A DNA stretch of 63,461 bases, the filler included, from Octopus bimaculoides (Eukaryota): the NCBI RefSeq assembly GCF_001194135.2. It is 5 parts of 5 records of this genome, joined end to end, with 100 filler letters (N's around TTAATTAATTAA, not from the genome) between each part and the next. Parts side by side here need not be neighbours in the genome. Positions count along the whole stretch, not along the records: positions 1 to 30,278 come from NC_068991.1; 4 more parts are not named here. One strand, given 5' to 3'. Shown here piece after piece: positions 1 to 11,040 of the stretch. The translations under genes and the position numbers were made by a program. Numbering within the stretch: the first letter of the stretch is position 1; every line of letters starts with the position of its first letter. The notes below the pieces were generated by a model. The model searched no databases. It saw only the letters and a program-made list of their open reading frames with translations, and had not been told where the DNA came from.

Positions 1-283
1 GTCGTGAGACAGGTTAGTTTTATCCTACCGATGCATCGCGCATACGCGGCGCCCCGTGTCGCGAGCGGTCGGGGGTTGAGGCGGCGGCGGAGTTCGGTCT
101 TTGGTTGTGCACCTCGGTGCGCTTCCGGAGCCGTCTACGCTTCTTCTTCTTCTTCTTTTTTCGGCTCTTGCGGCCTTAGGTGGTTGCGCCGGCAACGTCA
201 ACTCGGCTACGGCTATCCCGTCCAGTACGAGAGGAACCGCGGGATCAGAGCAACGGTTTGTGCGCTCGCTCGGGTGCCATTGT
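1..283 (+). rRNA. 28S rRNA: 28S (LSU) rRNA 3'-region fragment including the sarcin-ricin loop; truncated/orphan copy
   Basis: Starts GTCGTGAGACAGGTTAGTTTTATCCTACCGATG, a conserved LSU motif. AGTACGAGAGGAAC (sarcin-ricin loop) at 224-237 is closed by an ATCCCG/CGGGAT stem. Similarity is lost at about 283, where AT-rich DNA begins. Confidence 0.9.
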
Positions 284-1018
284 AAAACAGATGCTTGGCT
301 CATATAAGCTAATCCATAAACAGTCTGGAATATTTCATAAGTTTCTGTAGCATTTTAACACAAAACTTTAATGTGTAGTGAGCTTCCAAATTGTCTTCAT
401 GTTCCAACTGCATTCTGCAAACTAGTTAGTTGTGATAAGCAGTGCTTAGTAGGGTGTGTTTAAAGTGTTGTTACAGCCATCTCCATCAACCTGGAATTTA
501 AAAAATGTTGGCAAGTCAGCTTATTAAATGTATAATAATGATATACTAAAATTGCAATAATCTAAGGGAGTTACAATTGCCTCTCCTAAAAAAAGTTTTA
601 AAATTTCTAGAATGCACCTTGTATATACTATATATATATTCAAACCAAAAACACACAGACAAACACATATAACCATTCTGTGATTGTTGTTAGTTTCTCG
701 AGATTCACTTATGATTTTCCATGCATATTGATTTAATGTGTTTAAATTGCTTTGGCTATCAGGCTTCCCCTTTACCCTGTCACTGCAATAATATATTTGC
801 AGTCAACCAAAGTACCTTTCAACTGTATCAGTATTATGTGCAAGTTCTTCACTCATCAGCTCTCATACTTTTGCTATTTGTTATTTGAGACAGATTACCT
901 GATATGACTTGATGTACATTTCATAGTCTTTTAATATAGCTGATCATCATATTTTATTTGTGTATTCATTAAAGAAGCTTTGCTCATTTTTTCCATAAAC
1001 ATGAATTTCTTTTCACAG

Positions 1019-1036
1019 CCTCAAGATCCAGTTAGG
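1019..1036 (+). other. Candidate 18-nt micro-exon (PQDPVR in phase 0)
   Basis: Pyrimidine tract ending TTCTTTTCACAG, then CCTCAAGATCCAGTTAGG, then a GTATGT donor. Length is divisible by 3. Confidence 0.35.
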
Positions 1037-1599
1037 GTATGTAATTTCATTTCATTTCCCCATTGATACCCCACCACCACCACCACCACTAAAAAAATGG
1101 TGTTTGCATCCCTTTTGTTTTAATTTTGTTTCCACTCAATTGACCTGTAAAATGCTTGGTCTAAAAGCACTGTTGAAATGTTACTAAATATTTGCTGTTA
1201 ACAATGGTTTTTTGGGGTTTTTTTGCCAGTATTTTATGCATGTTAAAAAAATGTTTGCCTTGAATTATGGATTTTACTTATAAAAATTTATATCAGATCT
1301 TCAAATTGCTTTTGTATTTGCATGTGTGTAGGCATATTAATGAATGTATATAATTTTTACATAAAGAAGAATGATGTATTCATAATGATGTGGCTGAAAC
1401 CAAACTGTCAAAAATGCTGATTCTTTCAATAAATATAAATATGCTATATTTTGAAATGACTCTAATAATTTTGTGTATGGAAAATGATTAATATTGTGTT
1501 GAGTCAAAAGTTTTGAATTATTTTCATAATTTATTTGCTTTATTTGTCAAGTTACAACAAAAGTAGCCTAGCATTCAAAGTAGAGGTCATCATGTTATA

Positions 1600-2210
1600 C
1601 CATCTGAAGCCACCTTTCTGCCTGTTGTTTGATCCCTTACTTGATCCCAGTTCTTGTGCTCCTTTTTGCCTGTTGTTTGATCCCAGTTCTTGTGCTCCCA
1701 CCTTCTCTTGGTTGATGAGGTGTTGTGAACACAGGAAGTGAGCCATAGATCAGAACAAGTAATAATCCAAGGGAGCTAGGTCTGGACTATATGCTGGCTG
1801 TGGCATCTGTTTGATTCCCTCAAGTTTCTGGATTTTATTTTGGGTCATTTGAGTGGTATGAGGTCATGCATTGTCTTGCTACAGAAGAGCTTGCTTTCTG
1901 TTAACCAATGCTGGGTATTTTGCTGCACAATGGCATACACCTCCCAGCTGTTAGGAGTACAGCTTGGCATTGAAGTTTTGAGCATCCAGAACAAACTTGT
2001 AGTGAATTATCTCCTCATTACTCCACCAGATGCAGAACACCACATTGTGTGTGAAATGCCTATGTTTGGTTCTGGAAGCTGGCCCTTGCTTAACCACTGT
2101 TTATGCACATTTGGATTGTGGGAAAATATCTCCTTCGGAGATCAGGTCTCTAGTGGATCTAGTTCTACAGAAACTGGGTAGCAATCACTTACAATGGAAA
2201 GAGAAATCAA
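1600..2210 (-). mobile_element. Decayed mariner transposase remnant
   Basis: Minus-strand fragments read ...QDNA.PHT..., QPAYSPDLAPLDYYLF.SMAHFL (YSPDLAP motif), with stops and frameshifts. Confidence 0.75.
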
Positions 2211-2647
2211 ATATAAAATAGTAGGGTAAGAGAGCATATATAATTGTTTCCATTATCTTAAAGTTGTTGGAAATGATGGTCAGCAAAATAAGTACAGACT
2301 TCTTTAGATGAACTTTCATCAAGTTAAAGTCAAGAATAAAATTACTAAATTAGTTAAACTATAGGAAGTTGTGTTAGAGATGTAACATGACGTCAATTTT
2401 GGCTAACTTAAATAATTTGATAATTATTGTATAAATATGGGGTATATATTGCATGAGAGAAGGACACAAGTTGCTTCTAAAATAAATACCTGGTTTTTGA
2501 TTCACTTTTGATTTCACTTCTCATATCACTAATGTTATTGAGAAAGAAATGAACACTATAACTCTTATAAGCAAATGACTCAATTGTACAAATGAATAAA
2601 TTATCCTTTTAATCTTTAGATAGCATAAAAGTTATTTTATTTACTTA

Positions 2648-4488
2648 CTAGCAGTATAACCCGACCTTGTCCGGGTGTGACTTATTATGCCATCTACGAT
2701 AAGTCTTGCTAGCTGAAAATCAACTAAAAAAGAAAGCCTTACAACGAAAAAACCCTTATGATGTAAATATGTTCATAATTCAAAAGACGATGAAATTAAT
2801 AGGGAAAGTCTGAAGGCTGTTTTGCGTAAAATTATTAAGCATACGTAAATTTCATCCGTGTAATTGGCTATAGAAATGCTTGTGCAAAACAACTTTTTGC
2901 GCTGCCTTGATTATACATAGCAGGGTAATTCCTTTTCGCATGAGCTAGGATGAAGCAATTGCTGGCAATCTGTTGCTACACAGTTTTGCCAGAATTCCAT
3001 CAGATTGGGCAGAAGATGTTGATGCACCACTTTGCATTATGTTCAAAGTAGCTTGTGGAATGTGGTGCATTACTGCAGTCTGTTGCTGTCATTTTAAACC
3101 GGTTGCTGTCTTTCCCCAGCAAACTCTCTTCTTTGGAGGCATAATCTATGTATATATTAAACAGAACAACAAAAGTTATAATAGATGGCAGTGTTGGTAC
3201 TTTTCACATATCTGTAATTTTTCAGATTAACACCCGCACGATTACCCAGCCCTAATCTTAACACTAACACTAACCCTAAACCCTAACCATAACCCTAAAA
3301 CCCTAACCCTAACACCCTAGTGAAAATCTTGGTAAATTTACAAAACATTGACGAACATGAGTTATATTTTACTGAATGATTGTGTACTTGCACGTGTATG
3401 CTTTTGAGAGAGCGAGAGAGGAAGAGGTAGAGAGGGGGAGAGAAAGGAATAGGGGTAGTTAAAAGTTTTCTTATGACTGCTTCTNNNNNNNNNNNNNNNN
3501 NNNNNNNNNNNNNNNNNNNNNNNNNNNNNNNNNNNNNNNNNNNNNNNNNNNNNNNNNNNNNNNNNNNNNNNNNNNNNNNNNNNNNNNNNNNNNNNNNNNN
3601 NNNNNNNNNNNNNNNNNNNNNNNNNNNNNNNNNNNNNNNNNNNNNNNNNNNNNNNNNNNNNNNNNNNNNNNNNNNNNNNNNNNNNNNNNNNNNNNNNNNN
3701 NNNNNNNNNNNNNNNNNNNNNNNNNNNNNNNNNNNNNNNNNNNNNNNNNNNNNNNNNNNNNNNNNNNNNNNNNNNNNNNNNNNNNNNNNNNNNNNNNNNN
3801 NNNNNNNNNNNNNNNNNNNNNNNNNNNNNNNNNNNNNNNNNNNNNNNNNNNNNNNNNNNNNNNNNNNNNNNNNNNNNNNNNNNNNNNNNNNNNNNNNNNN
3901 NNNNNNNNNNNNNNNNNNNNNNNNNNNNNNNNNNNNNNNNNNNNNNNNNNNNNNNNNNNNNNNNNNNNNNNNNNNNNNNNNNNNNNNNNNNNNNNNNNNN
4001 NNNNNNNNNNNNNNNNNNNNNNNNNNNNNNNNNNNNNNNNNNNNNNNNNNNNNNNNNNNNNNNNNNNNNNNNNNNNNNNNNNNNNNNNNNNNNNNNNNNN
4101 NNNNNNNNNNNNNNNNNNNNNNNNNNNNNNNNNNNNNNNNNNNNNNNNNNNNNNTTAATCTATGGCGTTGTATGTATCATTTTCTCTCTCTCTCTCTCTC
4201 TCCCTCTTTTACTCTTACTCTCTATATTTTTATGTTGAGCCCGTGTGTAAGAATGGCGTTCCAGGTAGCAGGGATGAAATATAAAAGTTGCTAGAAACAA
4301 CAGCCAAATCTCCCTTAAATCACACAAAGTAAACGGAATTTAAAAAATCTAATTACTGCACTGGAAAGTTCACATCGAGAAAATTCCATTGATGTAAAAA
4401 TTTTTACGAAAAAGTGGAAAATGTGGATTTCTATAAACATTCAAAAAGGCTTCACACAAACACACAATTTCAGATTTACATATTAAGA
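2648..4488 (-). mobile_element. Non-autonomous Helitron (copy 1) with internal telomere-like array; spans an N gap
   Basis: On the minus strand it starts TC (4488) and ends with a CACCCGGACAAGGTCGGGT hairpin plus CTAG (2648). It is the reverse-complement homologue of 9325-11600. Confidence 0.85.
3249..3320 (-). repeat. Degenerate (TTAGGG)n array inside Helitron copy 1
   Basis: CCCTAA/CCCTAAA/CACTAA units on the plus strand. Confidence 0.85.
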
Positions 4489-5632
4489 TAAATATGTCTT
4501 TTTGGCTTGGTTGGTGTAAGAATCTATTTCCCACCTTGTTTTTTTTAAATAATAGTTATCTTTAAAATAATAGGAATACAATAGCTACAAACATATAATT
4601 ATATATGCAGTTACAGTACTTGAAAAAGAAAATATTGAATTTTGAACTAAAATTTTAACAAAAATGTGACATCAGAATTATATAGCTATTGTTCCTAAAC
4701 AAAAAAATGATAATAATAATTTGCTACATTTAATGTCTTAATTAAGTGCTTTTGTCAACAAGAGTGATAACAGTTATCTAGCTAAATATTTCTAATAGTA
4801 TCTGTCTGCATTTTTTCTTCTTTGTTTATATTTACTAATTAATCTCTGACCAATACCTCCTTTAAATATCTCAAACCACTTACTTAACACTAAAAGTTAG
4901 TTTGGCATTAATAATCAAGTGGAATTTATTCAGTAAATTACTAGTACCTATTGAACTGCCAATGAAATTGTGAGTAAAATCAACCGTGGTAAAATCCAGA
5001 TTCAGTGATGTGAAATTAAATATTGTAATGCAGCCTTCCCCACTTCTTCTAGATTGCTATCTTTATTCATTTGTATCTAATTAAGTTCATTTGTTTTATT
5101 TAAATGTTGACAACTTAAAAGAATATATATAAAAATTTCCAACTTTATTGCTCTTGCCTGCATCTTCATAATGATAGTTTTGACTGTTAAAATATACAAA
5201 AATAATGTGTAGTCATACAAAAGTAATGTTCAATGAAACTTTGGTCTTAAACAAAGTGTGATTTTGGCTTTATAAATGAGCAGCTGAGTAACATAGAATG
5301 ATGAGGATTGGATCATTACTGAACATCAATAAACTTACTAGATATACATTATACAATAATATTGCTAGAACACTGCCTTGAGACAGGTCATTATATTATT
5401 GTAAATTATACTTTCTGTTTCACTTTATCTTCTACAAAGAAGTGCTAGTTCCTAACAAGAATAGCAATAAGCATCCGTGTTTGTCTTGATTTAAGTGAAA
5501 TGTTCAAATAGATTAAGATACTGAACTGCTAGTTCATGGTCCAAGAGTTCAAATTGCTTCTGGTATTTTATTTTGCATCTGATCAAAACATTGTTGTTTC
5601 TGTCCACCTATTTGTGTGTTTTGTGTATGTGG

Positions 5633-5673
<41 letters not shown>

Positions 5674-5698
5674 TACATGTGCATGCGCATATATATTA

Positions 5699-6851
5699 CA
5701 AGGGTGGACTAGAAAGTTCATAGGCTTTCAATACTAATGAAGAAATGATGCTAAAGCTGTGAAATCTTGCATGCATTAAATTCAACTCTTCTTGTTAATA
5801 AATGCATTGTTTCTTTCCAGATAAACTGACAACTGACTGTTCAAAGAAGACTTCAAAGTAGCAACTCCTTGAAAATTGATAAAATTGGCATTGTGATGTT
5901 ATCAAGTGCCTGCAGCAAAAGTGTTTTGCTGACATGCTTGCTACAGTAGGGGATGGTACTCCAGCTTTATCAGTAGTGCAAAAATGGGCAGCTGAACTTA
6001 GGAAGGGAAGGGAGAGTCTTGAAGATGACCCAAGGTCTGTACGTCCTGCAACTGAAACTTTTGAGGAAAACACTGATTGTGTACATCACATGGTGATGGA
6101 TGACAGACGATTGACTATAAATCGAATAGCCATTGCTATTAGCATATTTCATAATAGAATTGAGAATATTCTGCTCAATGAACTTTGCATAATGGAGGTT
6201 TCTGCTTGGTGTGTGTCACATCTAACACCTGATCAAAGCATGCTGGGCTGATCACATCACAGGAAAATCTGACATTGTTTGAGGCAGATCCAGCTGGTTT
6301 CTTTGAATGTTTCCTAAGACAGGATGAGTGTTGGCTTCACCACTTTCAGCCAGAGACAATCCATGCAGTGGAAACACCCACTCCTCATCTGCCCCAAGGA
6401 AAATCAAAGTTGTTTCATCTGCAGGGAAAGTGATGGCCTCAGCTTTTTGGGATGAAAAAAGCATTGTGTTTATTTGACTGTCTTCAAAAGAACCACACCA
6501 TCAATGGATAATACTATGCCAACTTGCTGAGAAGTTACAAAAGGCTGTCAAGATCAAACACCAAGGAAAACTGACAAAAACTGTGCATGACTTTGGCATG
6601 GAACTGGTTGATCATCCCTGTTCTCTTGATTTAGGTCCATCTGATTACCATCTGTTCCCCAACGTGAAACAACACTTGGCTGAGAAGCAGTATTGCAGTG
6701 ACAAGGACATCAAATCTGCTGTTGATAACTTTTTTTAGTAAAAGGATGAAGTGTGTGGACTGCAATGGGGGCTATGTTGAAAAATAAACCGCATTTGATC
6801 ACATTCCATAGAGTATCTTGGTCAATTTATGAAGTTTTCAGCCAACCCTCA
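5699..6851 (+). mobile_element. Mariner transposon, both TIRs present, transposase decayed and internally deleted
   Basis: TA|CAAGGGTGGACTAGAAAGTTCATA ... ATGAAGTTTTCAGCCAACCCTCA|TA. Translation gives EDDPRSVRP, DDRRLT, QDECWLHHFQPET, VMASAFWD, SLDLGPSDYHLFP. Confidence 0.92.
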
Positions 6852-8328
6852 TACTGCCTGAGCACACATCATGAAGCTATTAATGATGCCAGAAGTTAGA
6901 CATATTTACTAATATATTTTTGATATTTTTAAAGTTTATAACACCTTTCTTTGTATTAACTACAACTAAAATCGCTAACATCTTGCTTTTTCATGAACTT
7001 GCATCTACTACTTGTAGCTTGTGCTTGATTGTTACTTCGCTCTAAATTATCTCTAGTATGTATTCACTGTGCTTGTTGCTTAAGTTATACCGTCCTTCTT
7101 AACTGCCAGTTGTCATGTTCTAAATGTAAAATCTCTATATAAACTGTAGCCATTAGTTATGTTTTGTACTTATTACATTTCCAAAGCCCAATGCTGGTTT
7201 GTGTCTCCTTTCTTAATTTACACGCCTTCTTTCTTAAGTTATGTCAGCTTTCTTAAGGTATATATACTACTTGAAATATTCAGTGTTGCTCAAGTTGAAA
7301 ACTTGAGAAATTAATGCTAACATCAGAAAGCAATTTATTTTAACTCTCATCTGAAAATCTATGTGCTACTATGTTTCAGCACATGAAACTAATAGTAGCA
7401 CATAAAAACATATATCGTGTTTATTAAATAATATTTATTTTTCACCAAATGGAGTACTTTTTTTTGTTGATCTTACCATCATGGAACAGTACACTATATA
7501 TATGTAGTGGATCTTGCATGCATGAAGTGGATTCGATCCACCATAGCCAAATTTAAAATAACACTGCAACAGAACTTTTACCACGGTGGAACAATGGTTT
7601 TTCTCTGACAGCAGTTTTACATTTTCCAGATACCTTTAGCTAGGTCGAAATAATGTCTTCACCACTTGACCCTTTCTAACCTCTTTTACTCCACCAAAAG
7701 CTAGAATAGGGATAACAAGACCACCAACTAAATCTGTTGTTCTCAATGATATGTCTATCCTTCTGGATAGTTATAAAAACAAGAACACCCAAGCAAAAAG
7801 TTAGTTCAGTCACCAGTCGGTGACAACTCAACGAGTCTAGTCACATGGTGATGACTCGGCAAAAATGAAGTCTGGCTGACCAGCTAGAACCTTGGCCAGG
7901 GGAAGAAATGAAGTTTACTGTCAGCAACTGTGAGACAACGTCCCACACCCAACAACTCTCTCTAGCTCTAATTCTGATCTCTTACAACATCATTCTTTCA
8001 CTAACTGTGGATTATTACTAAAAATTTGTATACGCCAAACTATGCAAAAAAACATTCTACCACATCTAACTTTCTTTCGCATGCTCTCGGATGTTATAAC
8101 CTGCCCGTCGAGGCAAGGTATTGTAACGTAACAGTAAATAAATATTTCCTTAAAACTTCATGCATTGTTCATCTTTCACATCCTGCAACATGTTGTTATA
8201 ACAACAAAGTTTTATCGTCACAACTGCCGACTCTGACATTTCATATTATTGTGTACCTAATTAATATTACCCGTTACAATTGGTAAATACACTAATTAAA
8301 ATTTAACTGTTACATATATATATATATG

Positions 8329-8737
8329 GTTGTAGGTGACAGTAGAGCCAAGATAGGTAAACTTCTCCATATCCTGTAGTCTGTGATCTCCAATATGTAT
8401 GTTTGGGATGTCCGATGTAGCCTGACCCATGATGTTGGTCTTCTTGAGACTGATAACTAAGCCAAAGTCTCTACATGCTTGCTCAGGGCTGTTGATGAGC
8501 CTTTGCAGGGCTTCTTCTGAGTGTGATACCAGAGCAGCATCATTAGCGAAGAGCATCTCCTTGATCAGGACACTTCTGATTTTGGTCTTGGCATGCAGAC
8601 GCGAGAGATTGAACAGTTTCCCGTCACTTCTACTGTGCAGAAACACTCCATCATCTGATGTCTCAAAGGCATGTGACAGCAGCAGTGAGAAGAAGATGCC
8701 AAATAATGTAGGAGCAAGGACACAGCCTTGCTTTACC
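8329..8737 (-). mobile_element. RTE-clade LINE RT segment, inverted relative to the adjoining 3' part
   Basis: Minus strand reads VKQGCVLAPTLF...LFANDAAL (FADD motif)...FTYLGSTVT. Confidence 0.92.
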
Positions 8738-9324
8738 TAAATATCTTTCACCTGCGCTGCCTCCGGAAAATCCTTGGCATCAAATGGCAGGATTGTGTCC
8801 CCAACAAAGATGTTCTCAAGCAAGCAAGAATACCAAGCATATTTGCACTCCTCACACAGACGTATGAGATGGCTTGGACATGTTAGTCGTATGGAAGATG
8901 GCAGAATCCCCAAAAACATACTCTACGGAGAGCTTGCTATGGGAACTAGGTCTGTTGGAAGACTGTTTTTACGGTACAAGGATGTCTGCAAAACGGACAT
9001 GAAGGCCTGTGACATCAATATTAGCAACTGGGAAGCAGTTGCCAGCAACTGTGGAGATTGGTGATGCACCATAGAAGGAGTGACAGAGGGAAAGAGGAGA
9101 AATGGAAAGACAAGAAAAGACAACAACAAGAAACTATGACATTACAACCAGCCAGGCAAAGTCTTTGCTACATCTGTATCACCTACCAGAGAGAGTGTTT
9201 GTCCAGGTTAGGACTACACAACCACAGCAAGAGATGTAAATGACATGAAATGTAAAAACCAGATTGGATTATTTTATGCACAATTCCATTGTCTCCTGAG
9301 GCAAAAGGATGCCAACAGCAACAA
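8738..9324 (+). mobile_element. RTE-clade LINE 3' end with (CAA)-type tail
   Basis: LNIFHLRCLRKILGIKWQD...RRMRWLGHVSRMEDGRIPKNILYGEL...GR...RYKDVCK. Ends ...AAGGATGCCAACAGCAACAA. Confidence 0.92.
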
Positions 9325-9847
9325 TCTATTATAATAAATGTGAAGTTGTATGTCTGTGTGAAGCCTTTTTAAAAGTGTATAGAAATCCACATTTTCCACT
9401 TTTTCGTAAAAATTTTTACATCAATGGAATTTTCTCATTGTGAACTTTCCAGTGCAGTAATTAGATTTTTAAAATTCCGTTTACTTTGTGTGATTTAAGG
9501 GAGATTTGGCTGTTGTTTCTAGCAACTTTTATATTTCTTCCTTTCTACCTGTAGCGGTGTTCATCGATCACACGCTCAACATAAAATATAGAGAGTAAGA
9601 GTGAGAGAGGGAGAGAGAGAGAGAGGAAGTGATACATACAAAGTCTTCTTTTTTCTTCCTCTCTCCCATTTAATAGTTTTCTTGTAACCCTCTACCTCTA
9701 ACATATTTTTCATAACATAGAAATGTAAAAACACACACAACCACACATATGTGATCTGTAACAACAACATACACAGAAACACATACACACCATCAACATT
9801 ATACATATAAGATTTAGTTTCTGTGTCTTTCTTACATATTTATATAT

Positions 9848-10008
9848 GAGTGGTTGGCGTTAGGAAGGGCATCCAGCTGTAGAAACTCTGCCAAATTTAG
9901 ATTGGAGCCTGGTGTTGCCATCCGGTTTCACCAGTCCTCAGTCAAATCGTCCAACCCATGCTAGCATGGAAAGCGGACGTTAAACGATGATGATGATGAT
10001 GATGATGA
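9848..10008 (+). mobile_element. SINE/LINE 3' tail fragment ending in (GAT)n
   Basis: GGTTGGCGTTAGGAAGGGCATCC...CCAACCCATGCTAGCATGGAAAGCGGACGTTAAACGATGATGATG. A related tail occurs at about 35915-35990 (minus) and 32730-32750. Confidence 0.75.
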
Positions 10009-10027
10009 TATATATATATATATATAT

Positions 10028-10427
10028 GGAGGCGCAATGGCCCAGTGGTTAGGGCAGCAGACTCGCGATCATAGGATCGCGGTTTCAATTCCCAGACCGG
10101 GCATTGTGAGTGTTTATTGAGCGAAAACACCTAAAGCTTCACGAGGCTCCGGCAGGGGATGGTGGCGAACCCTGCTGTACTCTTTCACCACAACTTTCTC
10201 TCACTCTTATTTCCTGTTTCTGTTGTGCCTGTGGTTCAAAAGGTCAGCCTTGTCACACTGTTTCATACTGAATATCCCCGAGAACTACGTTAAGGGTACA
10301 CGTGTCTGTGGAGTGCTCAGCCACTTGCACATTAATTTCACGAGCAGGCTGTTCCGTTGATCAGATCAACTGGAACCCTCGACGTCGTAAGCGACGGAGT
10401 GCCAACAACAACAGCAACAACAACAAC
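10028..10427 (+). mobile_element. Full-length tRNA-derived SINE with (CAA)n tail
   Basis: tRNA-like head with A/B-box-like motifs (GGCCCAGTGGTTAGGGC...GGTTTCAATTCCC). Related bodies or tails at 21900-22225, 49600-49905 and 53013-53180. Confidence 0.9.
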
Positions 10428-10479
10428 TTTCTTATATAAACACGTGCACGCATTGCTATTTTATAACTGTCTTCTGTTC

Positions 10480-10690
10480 TCCCTTCCTCTCTTTCTCTCT
10501 CTTCATTGCTCCCGTTCTCTATTCCTTTCTCCCCTTCTCTCTCCTTCTTCCTCTCTCTACCTCTTCCTCTCTCTACCTCTTCCTCTCTCTACCTCTCTCT
10601 CTCTCTACCTTTTCCTCTCTCTACCTCTTCCTCTCTCTACCTCTTCCTCTCTCTACCTCTTCCTCTCTCTACCTCTTCCTCTCTCGCTCT
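10480..10690. repeat. Pyrimidine-rich minisatellite, about 16-bp unit CTCTCTCTACCTCTTC
   Basis: Tandem units are directly visible. Confidence 0.9.
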
Positions 10691-10781
10691 CTCAAACACA
10701 TACACGTGCAAGTACACAATCATTCGCTAAAATATAACTCATGTTCGTCAATGTTTTGTAAATATACCATGATTTTCACTA

Positions 10782-11040
10782 GGGTGTTAGGGTTAGGGTT
10801 TAGGGTTAGGGTTATGGTTAGGATTAGGGTTAGTGTTATGGTTAGGGTTTTAGGGTCAGGGTTAGGGTTTTAGGGTTACGGTTAGGGTTAGGGTTTAGGG
10901 TTAGGGTTACGGTTAGGGTTAGTGTTACCGTTACGGTTTTAGGGTCAGGGTTAGGGTTTTAGGGTTAGGGTTATGGTTTAGGGTTAGTGTTAGAGTTAGT
11001 GTTAGGGTTAGGTTTGGGGTGTTAGGGTTAGGGTTGGGTA
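10782..11040 (+). repeat. Degenerate (TTAGGG)n array inside Helitron copy 2
   Basis: Dozens of TTAGGG/TTTAGGG/TTACGG/TTAGTG units. Confidence 0.92.

Noticed and set aside
101-307. ORF with a signal-peptide-like LLLLLLF stretch (and the overlapping ORFs 4-285 and 25-303)
   Set aside because: These are shadows of the GC-rich 28S rRNA fragment; the leucine run is the (CTT)n loop.
10028-10100. tRNA-like sequences as tRNA genes
   Set aside because: They run into SINE bodies and tails and lack a proper acceptor stem.
10782-11040. Telomeric arrays as a chromosome end or fusion site
   Set aside because: They are degenerate, internal to transposon-like units, and lack the TTAGGG-CCCTAA fusion orientation.
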